Shown piece by piece: positions 29,857 to 38,200 of a stretch of DNA of 64,000 nt. Within the stretch, counting starts at the first letter, position 1, and each line of letters opens with the position of its first letter. The notes beneath the pieces were generated by a model, which was not told the origin of the DNA, did no database searches, and was given only the letters and a program-made list of their open reading frames with translations. The position numbers were made by a program, and so were the translations under genes. The stretch is from an uncultured Holophaga sp. (GTDB lineage Bacteria > Acidobacteriota > Holophagae > Holophagales > Holophagaceae), in NCBI GenBank assembly GCA_963664825.1, contig OY761614.1, forward strand, positions 512,001 to 576,000. Reading direction: 5' to 3'.

Positions 29857-30231
29857 AGACCAGGGGGCTACTGGCTACGCCGGTTGAGCGATGCCCTGGA
29901 GCCGCGTCATCAGCAGCGGCAAACGGGCCTGGCTCCCGGGGTCGGAGGGCAGATTCGCATTTCGCGAAACGCGAAGGCCCCACAAAATGAGACCGACACC
30001 CTGTTGAGAAATGTTGAGATATTCCCTGCCGTCCCCGAACGGTTCCTCAAGGCTTCCCCTCCGTCTTGCCACAGGTTCTCCCTGGGTCAGAGCGTCGGAT
30101 CACTTTGGCAATCAGTGACGGGCGCCTGTCGGAACCGTGCCCTCATGCCATTAGGTTGCCACCATGAGTGGCGAGGCTCAAAGGCGCTGTAAAGCTCGAC
30201 CCAAGCTCGATCTCGGCGGTATTGTGTTCTC

Positions 30232-33200
30232 ATGTCCCCTGCGCTCGATTCCTTCTTCCAGACCTGGCGAGGCTCCGCCGGAAACGAGCGGGCCAACTTC
30301 CAGTCCTTCATCCGCGAGTTCTGCGAGGTCCTCGACCTGCCCGTGCCTGAGCCCAAGGGGCCAGGGGCCACCTATTGTTTCGAGAAAGACCTGAAGCTCA
30401 CCCACCTGGATGGCAGCATCAGCACGGGCTCCATTGACCTCTATCGGGCAGGCTGTTTTGTCCTCGAAGCCAAGCAGGGAAGCACTCGGGAAGCGCCCAG
30501 TTCTTCGGCGGTGCGGGGCACCCGTGGGCACGACCGCTACATGGAGGCCGCCTTCGGGCAGGCCGTGAATTACGCCCGCAACCTGCCGGGAGGGCGCCCG
30601 CCCTTCGTCATAACCTGCGACGTTGGCTACGCCTTTCATGTGTGGGAGGGCTTTTCGGGCACCTATGGCGGCTATGGTGCTAGGCGCACCTTCAGCCTGG
30701 AAGATCTGGCGAAGCCCGACGTTCAGGAATATTTTCGGGCACTCTGGCTGGATCCTCAGAGCCAGGATCCGGCTCGGAAGCGCACCGCCGTCACCCGTGA
30801 TGTGGCTCGAGCCCTGGGCGAACTCGCCGCCAGCCTGGAAGGGCGCTTTCCGAGTGAGGCCGTGGCGCGCTTCCTCATGCGGGTGGTCTTCACCTTCTTC
30901 GCCGAGGATGTGGGACTCCTGCCGGAAAAGCTCTTCGAGAGCGCCCTGAAGGGGCCCTGGAAGGATCATCCCGAGGCCTTCCCCAAGGGGCTGGAGGCCC
31001 TGTGGGACGCCATGAACACGGGCGGCATGTGGGGCCCTCTGAAGGTCCTTCGCTTTAATGGCGGCCTCTTCCAGGAGAGCCTCGCCCTGACCCTCAATGC
31101 CGCCGAGATCGCCCAGCTCGGCGCCGCCGCGGCCTTCGATTGGTCCGAGGTGGATCCCAGCATCTTCGGCACCCTCCTGGAGAGCGCCCTGGATCCTTCC
31201 GAGCGCCATCGCCTGGGGGCCCACTACACGCCCCGCGCCTATGTGGAGCGCCTCCTGCGCCCCGCCCTGGAGGAGCCCCTGCGGAAGGATTGGGAGCTGG
31301 CCCAGGCGGAAGCCATGGCGGTCCTCGGGGACGAGCCCAAGGAGGCGGACAAGGCGAAGGCCCGGGATGTGCTGCACGCCTTCCAGCGCCATCTGGCCCA
31401 GGTCAGCGTCCTGGATCCGGCCTGTGGAAGCGGGAACTTCCTGGCGGCCTCCTACGACATCCTCAAGCGCATGGAGGGGGAGATACAGCGGCGCCTGGTG
31501 GATCTAGGAGAGACGGGCCGCGCCCTGGCCCTGGAGGGCGTGCTGGTGACACCCGCCCAGTTCCAGGGCCTGGAGGTGAAGCCCTGGGCCGCGGCCATCG
31601 CCGATCTCGTGCTCTGGATCAGCCATCTCCAGTGGTTCCACCGTCAGCACCCCGGCCAGCCCGCGCCCGAGCCTGTGCTCCAGGCCTATGGCAACATCCA
31701 TCGCCAGGACGCCGTCCTCACCTGGAAGGGCACCCGCGAAACGGGCCGCAGCCGCTGGGACGGCCACACCTTCAAGACGCACCCCGTCACGGGCAAGCCG
31801 GTGCCCGATGAGACGGCCCAGACGCCGATCCTCGAATACCTGGAGCCAAAGCCCGCAAAGTGGCCCGAGGCGGATTTCATCGTGGGCAATCCGCCCTTCC
31901 TGGGGAACAAACGGATGCGGGACGCCCTTGGCGACGGCTACTCAGAGGCCCTGCGGAAGACCTATCCCGACGTGCCCGATAGCGTGGACTTCGTCCTCTA
32001 CTGGTGGCACAAGGCGGCGGAAGCCGTGCGCAGCGGACGCACGCGACGCTTTGGCCTCATCACCACCAATAGCCTGACCCAGACATTCAACCGGCGCGTC
32101 ATCGCCCACCATTGCGGCGCGAAGAAACAGCCCCTCAAGCTCCTCTGGGCCATCCCCGATCATCCCTGGGCCGACGAGGGGGCCGCCGTTCGCATCGCCA
32201 TGACCGTGGGCGGGCGCGAGGGCAAGCCTTGGCTGGGGCACGTGGTGGAGGAGCGCAGCGCGGACACACCTGAGGCCGAAGCGGAGGCCGTGAGGGTGGA
32301 AGGGCACGGCGTGGAGGTCATCCACGAGGACCTGAGTGCGGGCGTGAACGTAACTTCCGCACTTCCCCTTCTCGCCAACGGCGGCTTGTCCAGTCGGGGC
32401 ATGATCCCTTACGGCGAAGGCTACTTGGTCTCCTCGGAGCAGGCCGCCGCATGGAAGCAGCCGCAGATCTTGAAGCCTTACTGCAATGGGAAAGACCTTA
32501 CCGACAAACCACGCGGGGCATGGATTATCGACTTCTTCGGCATGACGGAGAAGGAAGCCAGGGATGCTGCTCCTGCCGCCTTTCAGCACCTCTATGAGAC
32601 CGTCAGAATCCAGCGGGCGAGTGCGGGGACGAAGGGGGTTGCGGACAATTGGTGGGCCTTCTGGCGGCCACGTTCGGAACTGCGTTTGGCGTTGAGGGAG
32701 GTTCGGCGTTACATCGTCACTCCGCAGGTGGCCAAACATCGTGTCTTCCAATTCCTCGCCGGCGACGTTGTTCCCGACGACAAACTCATCGCCATCGCTC
32801 TGGATGACGCGTGGTCCCTTGGCATCCTGGAATCCGGGGTTCACAAGGCTTGGGCCACTGCCAACCGAGGAAACATGGGCGTTGGCAACGATCCCGTCTA
32901 CAACAAGACCTCCTGCTTTGACGCGTTCCCCTTCCCGGAAACCAGCGAGGCGCAGAAGGCGGCCATCCGCGATCTCGCCGAGCGTCTGGACGCTCACCGC
33001 AAGGCGGCCCAGGGCCGGGGCGTGACGATTACGCAGATGTACAACCTCCTCCAGAAGCTCCGCGCCGGGGAGGCCTTCACGCCCAAGGAACGCGATCAGC
33101 ACGGCGCGGCCCAGACGGAGATCCTGCGCCAGCTTCACGACGAACTGGATGCCGCCGTTCTGGAAGCCTACGACTGGCCCGCCGGGATGGAGGACGCCGA

Positions 33201-33615
33201 GATCCTGGAGCGCCTCGTGACCCTCAACCAAGAGCGGGCCCAGGAGGAGAAGCTCGGCCTCATCCGCTGGCTTCGTCCCGAATACCAGGCCCCCGAAGCC
33301 GCCATTCCCCTGGTCCAGCCCATGCTGGAGACCGAACCGGCCGCAGATTTTGAGTCTATTGCCTCGACCGTGCCCGTTGAGGCCCAGCCCTGGCCCAAGG
33401 AACTCAAGGCCCAGCTCGCCGCCTTGCGGGACCTGTTCCAGGCCTCCGACCGCCTCTGGGACCTGGAGGGCATCGCCAGCGCCTTCAAGAGCCGGGGCCG
33501 CTACCGGGAGAGCATCAAAACCCACCTGGATCTCCTGGCCGATCTGGGCATGGTGCACCGGGTGGATACCCCCGCGGGCCCCAGGTGGTGTAGGCCCCAG
33601 GCGGTGGGGGCATGA
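30232..33615 (+). CDS. MmeI-like (type IIL/IIG) fused restriction endonuclease-adenine methyltransferase
   Basis: N-terminal IDLY...VLEAK nuclease, FNGGLF, LGAHYTP, LDPACGSGNFL, GNPPFLG, TRD region, LHDELDAAVLEAY. Confidence 0.9.
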   Translation: MSPALDSFFQTWRGSAGNERANFQSFIREFCEVLDLPVPEPKGPGATYCFEKDLKLTHLDGSISTGSIDLYRAGCFVLEAKQGSTREAPSSSAVRGTRGHDRYMEAAFGQAVNYARNLPGGRPPFVITCDVGYAFHVWEGFSGTYGGYGARRTFSLEDLAKPDVQEYFRALWLDPQSQDPARKRTAVTRDVARALGELAASLEGRFPSEAVARFLMRVVFTFFAEDVGLLPEKLFESALKGPWKDHPEAFPKGLEALWDAMNTGGMWGPLKVLRFNGGLFQESLALTLNAAEIAQLGAAAAFDWSEVDPSIFGTLLESALDPSERHRLGAHYTPRAYVERLLRPALEEPLRKDWELAQAEAMAVLGDEPKEADKAKARDVLHAFQRHLAQVSVLDPACGSGNFLAASYDILKRMEGEIQRRLVDLGETGRALALEGVLVTPAQFQGLEVKPWAAAIADLVLWISHLQWFHRQHPGQPAPEPVLQAYGNIHRQDAVLTWKGTRETGRSRWDGHTFKTHPVTGKPVPDETAQTPILEYLEPKPAKWPEADFIVGNPPFLGNKRMRDALGDGYSEALRKTYPDVPDSVDFVLYWWHKAAEAVRSGRTRRFGLITTNSLTQTFNRRVIAHHCGAKKQPLKLLWAIPDHPWADEGAAVRIAMTVGGREGKPWLGHVVEERSADTPEAEAEAVRVEGHGVEVIHEDLSAGVNVTSALPLLANGGLSSRGMIPYGEGYLVSSEQAAAWKQPQILKPYCNGKDLTDKPRGAWIIDFFGMTEKEARDAAPAAFQHLYETVRIQRASAGTKGVADNWWAFWRPRSELRLALREVRRYIVTPQVAKHRVFQFLAGDVVPDDKLIAIALDDAWSLGILESGVHKAWATANRGNMGVGNDPVYNKTSCFDAFPFPETSEAQKAAIRDLAERLDAHRKAAQGRGVTITQMYNLLQKLRAGEAFTPKERDQHGAAQTEILRQLHDELDAAVLEAYDWPAGMEDAEILERLVTLNQERAQEEKLGLIRWLRPEYQAPEAAIPLVQPMLETEPAADFESIASTVPVEAQPWPKELKAQLAALRDLFQASDRLWDLEGIASAFKSRGRYRESIKTHLDLLADLGMVHRVDTPAGPRWCRPQAVGA

Positions 33616-33641
33616 ACCGCGATTCATTCTGAAGGATCATC

Positions 33642-34604
33642 ATGACTGATCAGCTGCTATTCCGCCTTACGCCAACGGGAGCCTCTTCCATCAAGGGATC
33701 CACCGAGCCCCTCGAGAAGCCCCTCCAAAAGCTCATCGAGGCCAACCTTTACACCCTCCTGGGCGTTTACTTCCTGGCCTCCGAGTTCACCACAGGAAAA
33801 CTACACGGAGGCCGGATCGATTCCATCGGCATCGATGAGAACGGTTGCCCCGTCATCCTGGAATACAAGGCTCGGAGGGACGAGAACGTCATCAGCCAGG
33901 GCCTCTACTACCTGAACTGGCTCATGGATCATCAGGGGGATTTCCAGGTCCTGGTGGAAGATCGCAGGAAGGCCGGAGCCCTTCCGCCCCGCTTCGAAAA
34001 GATCGAGATTGATTTCAAGGCCTCCAGGGTGCTCTGCATCGCAGGGGACTTCACCAAATTCGACGTTCACGCCGTGCAGCAGATCAACCGGAACCTGGAA
34101 CTGATACGGTATGTCCGCTTCGGGGAGGACCTGCTTTCCCTGGAGCTGATCAACGGCGAGGAACTCAGCCAGCCGACCCCGGAAGCGTCCGCACCGCCTC
34201 CGCCTGGGATTGATGCCTTGCCCGGCCAGGAGGGTGGCGCGCACACAGCGACAACGGTGAGCCAATATATGGCGTCGGCTCCCCAGGAGCTTATCGCCTT
34301 GTACGAAGCCTTAAGGGAGCACCTGCTTGGGATTGCCGAGGATGTGAAAGAGAAAGTGAACCTCGATTACATCGCCTTCAGGCGGCTGAAGAATTTTGCC
34401 TGCGTCGAGGTTCACCCCCAGACGAAACGCATTCTGGTATTTCTGAAAGTAGACCCGGCTGTGCTTGCACTGGAAAAGGACTTCTCCCGGGATGTGCGGA
34501 AGATCGGCCATTTCGGAACGGGCGACCTTGAACTCAGCCTCCGCTCTATGGAGGATCTGGAAAAGGCCAAAAGCCTCATTCAGCAGAGCTACGACGCCAG
34601 TTAG
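33642..34604 (+). CDS. PD-(D/E)xK nuclease (NucS/DUF91-like) with C-terminal DUF5655-like domain
   Basis: EKPLQ, GRIDSIGID...ILEYK, QGLYYLNWL; C-terminal YIAF, RDVRKIGHFGTGDLE. Confidence 0.8.
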   Translation: MTDQLLFRLTPTGASSIKGSTEPLEKPLQKLIEANLYTLLGVYFLASEFTTGKLHGGRIDSIGIDENGCPVILEYKARRDENVISQGLYYLNWLMDHQGDFQVLVEDRRKAGALPPRFEKIEIDFKASRVLCIAGDFTKFDVHAVQQINRNLELIRYVRFGEDLLSLELINGEELSQPTPEASAPPPPGIDALPGQEGGAHTATTVSQYMASAPQELIALYEALREHLLGIAEDVKEKVNLDYIAFRRLKNFACVEVHPQTKRILVFLKVDPAVLALEKDFSRDVRKIGHFGTGDLELSLRSMEDLEKAKSLIQQSYDAS

Positions 34605-34616
34605 AAGTGGCCGAGG

Positions 34617-34910
34617 GTGCAGGCCGCGAACCAGGACCGCGCCACGCTGCGCTTCGAGACGCCTCCGGGGCGCCAGATGCAGATCTATTTCGGGGAGAAG
34701 CGGATCGAGGTAGCCAGGGATCGGACGAAGGCGTTCGTGTTCGTGGCGACGCTGGGCTACTTGCGTCGGACCGATGTCCAGGTGTTTCCGGCCATGGAGC
34801 AGCGCCACTGGCTGGAGGGTCTGGAGGGCGCACTGCACCACTTCGGCGGGGTGCCGGAGACCGGCCTCGTAGACAAGGCCCGCAGCGTTTTCGACCTCAC
34901 AGAGAAGAAA
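34617..34910 (+). pseudogene. IS21-family transposase (IstA) internal fragment
   Basis: RFETPPGRQMQIYFG, FVATLGY, HFGGVP...LVD; lacks N-terminal HTH, C-terminus and istB. Confidence 0.75.
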
Positions 34911-34978
34911 CGCCAGGAGGCACCGACCATGCCTCCCTTTAATACCGATTCGCATTCAATAATCGAGAATGTAGTCGG

Positions 34979-35096
34979 GCGTTCGAAGTCGCTCCGCATC
35001 GCAGCCTCGGCCCTCGTCGCACCCCCTTCGGGGGCAGGCCGGTCTGCGCTGCTGCGCTTGACGCGCTCTGCTTCGCAGATCGCTAGCTTCGAACGC
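34979..35096. repeat. Branched palindromic (REP/MITE-like) element
   Basis: Terminal IR GCGTTCGAAG...CTTCGAACGC enclosing CCCC-TTC-GGGG and CTGC-TTC-GCAG hairpins. Confidence 0.6.
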
Positions 35097-35201
35097 ACCC
35101 TGATATAAGCGCTGTAGGACACCGATAGCACAATAGTTTGATAAATATCGTATCAACACAGCATCCATGGAATACCCTGGTGGAGTTCCCCTTCCATCGG
35201 A

Positions 35202-38200
35202 ATGTCCATGCTAGAAACAGCGCCTACTCAAAAATCCATCGAGCTAGTCCATGACCCAGTGATCTGTTGGGCAGCAGAACACTGTGGAATCCCGTTGATC
35301 CGTTCTTGCCGAATCACCAACGTCACCGGAACCCTTCTGGTCGAAGCCATAGCCCACATCCAACTTCTGCCGGACCTGGGAGAGGCGCTATTGGTCCCCC
35401 TGCCCCAATTGGCGGCAGGAGAAACCTTCGACCTCGGGCGAATTGATTACCGCCTGCCACCGGGAAGCCTTCGCCAAGTGGTGGAGCTGGAACGAGCCGA
35501 GTTCCAGATCCGGATCATGAAGGGTAGTGAGACGATTGCGGATTATCGCTCACCCGTTGAGGTGCTTCCATGCCACCAGTGGCCGGGGATGCGCATGCCG
35601 ACGGGCTTGCTCACATCCTTCATCACCCCCAACCAGCCTGTTGTCTCGCAGATTCTCAAACGCACTTCGGATCGACTCCGCCAGGTTGAAGGTAGTGCCG
35701 CCATTCTTGGCTATCAGGCGAAAAATCCCAACTCGGTACGCGCCCAGGTAGTGGCCCTAATCCAGACCCTCCAGTCCCTGGGACTGAGCTACATAGGCAT
35801 CCCAGCGAGCTTTGAACGGAGCGGTCAAAAGGTTCGTTTCCCTGACATGATCCTGCGCGATCAGATGGCCAACTGCCTCGATATGACGCTGCTGGCGGCA
35901 GCTTGCCTGGAGCAGATGGAGCTGCGCCCCCTCGTAATCTTCATCGAAGGGCATGCTTTCCCCGGTGTATGGCTGGTGGAGGACCGTTTCCCCGAGGGGG
36001 TGGTTGAAGACGCGGCACGACTTCGCAACCTCATGGCCCTCGACCAGATTCTCGTCTGGGATTCAAGTGCCACCATGGAGCAACCACCGGCATCCTTCGC
36101 CCAAATTCAAGCCTTGGCTGAGAAAAACCTGGCCACAGACGAGAAGTTTGGGTTTGCTCTCGATGTCCGGGTCATGCGATTGGAGCGATTCCTACCGCTC
36201 CCCTTGCGCGAGGCGTTTCAGGACCAGCAGCCTCCTGCACGATCAGCTGGAGAGGGAATGCCTGCGAGGGACGAGCTGAGGGAACTTCTCGCAGCAGTGG
36301 CCCGAGAGGGTGCGCGATGCGAGGAACCTGAAATTGCCGTCACGGCTCCCCAAATCGTTGGGCGCTGGCAGCGATGGAAGGATCGCCTGCTCGACCTTTC
36401 CTTGCGGAACCGCCTTCTTAATTTCAGGCCCGCCGGGGCCTCGGCTTTGCCACTCGAAGTTCCGGACGTTTCGAAATTTGAGGACCTCCTTGCGGACAAC
36501 AAGGTCTTTGAGCTACTCGCGAAACCTCCTCAGGACAGCCGAGACGAGCGAGATCTGAGACTGCTGGCCCAGCGCGAGGACACCGATGGCTGGAAGGCTC
36601 AGCGGATGGCCGACCTCAACGGACGTATCCTCCACAGCAGTCTCACACCAGGAGAATTCATCAAGCATGCCAAAGACTTGGAAACCCTCGCTCGCACCGA
36701 TCTGGAAGAGGGTGGAGTCTGCACGGTTTTCGTCGCAGTGGGCCTGCTCCGCTGGTTCGAACCCGGAGTTCTCAAGGAACGATTCGCTCCACTAATGCTT
36801 TACCCAGTGCAAATTCTCTTCAACAGACAGCTTCGTCGTGTGTGCCTCCAGCGACTTCCCGAGGATCCAATCCCGAATGTGACCCTCGTAGAGAAGATGC
36901 GCCGAGACTTCAACGTGGATCTGTCCTTCCTGGCCTCACTGGAATCGGACGATTCCGGCCTCGACATCCCTCAGATGCTCCACCGATGCCGGGAGGCCAT
37001 CCAGAGGATCCCGCGATGGGAAATCCTGGAGGACGCCCACCTCGGCCACTTCACCTTCGCCAAATTTCTCATGTGGAAGGACCTGGAGGACAATGCGGAG
37101 GTTCTTCTTAAGAACCCAGTCATTCGGCACCTTGCCACGGATGGCTCCGACGTAATGGCAACCCAGCCAGAAGCCGTTTCCGTCGAGACACTAGAAACCA
37201 TGCCCCCAGGCCAACTGCCTTGCGTGGTCGATGCGGACTCGACCCAGCTATCCGCGGTGGCCTCTGCGCTAGCAGGTCGGAGTTTTGTCCTGCAAGGCCC
37301 TCCGGGAACGGGGAAATCCCAGACCATCGCAAACATCATCGCCTGTGCCCTGGCCAATAACCGTTCCGTACTCTTCGTCTCAGAGAAAATGGCAGCCCTG
37401 GAGGTCGTTCATGCGCGACTTCGGCAGGCGGGCCTGGAGGACTTCTGTCTGGAACTCCACAGCCACAAAGCCCACCGGAAAGGTGTGCTCGAATCCCTAC
37501 AGAAGGTCCTGGAACGAGGGAGTCGGATCTCCCTTAAAGGTTGGGAAGCGCGTGAAACCGAGCTTCAACAACTCCGGGACGAATTGAATCATTACACCGA
37601 AGCACTGCATCGCCCCCGCACCATTGGCTTCAGTCTCTTCGAGGGCAGTTCCATCGCCTACAAGCTTCGCCACAGCGCGGGCTTGACCCTGCATCGGAAC
37701 GATCTTGGCACCCTGGATGGAGAGACCTATAGAAATCTCATGCAGGAAGTGGAAACCTTCGCCCATCGGGCCGAGGCTCTCGGAGTCTGGGCGAACTGCC
37801 CATGGTCAGGCACCGATCCTGGACCATGGAGCTACACAGCACAGGAAGCCGTGGAAGAGCATCTGCGAATCACCCGGCAGGCACTGGCATCCTTGCGCGA
37901 GACAATCCGATCCCTTGGGCAGGACGCAGGCATGGAGTTGCCCACTGCACCCGAGGCGCTTGATGCCTTGACGCTGGTTATCATCCAGTTGGACTCTCAT
38001 CCCATCCCCGAAACGGCTCTTGATCCCATCACCTGGGCTCCCCTTCGGGAAGATTTAGAAAATTATCAAACAGCCGTGAAGAGCCTGAATCATCGGCAAG
38101 ACGCCTTGGGTTCCCATTGGCTTCCTGCCCTGCTGGAGCAAGATCTCTCCCCACTCCAGGCCACCTACCAGCAACACGCGAACACCTTCCCGCTGGTCCG

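Noticed and set aside
29857..30231. att site or small genes at the left island border
   Set aside because: No direct repeat matching the right border was found; the short ORFs lack RBS and motifs.
34590..35110. Integron attC sites around the defence genes
   Set aside because: The inverted repeat runs GTT...AAC, opposite to RYYYAAC...GTTRRRY, and no integron integrase is present.
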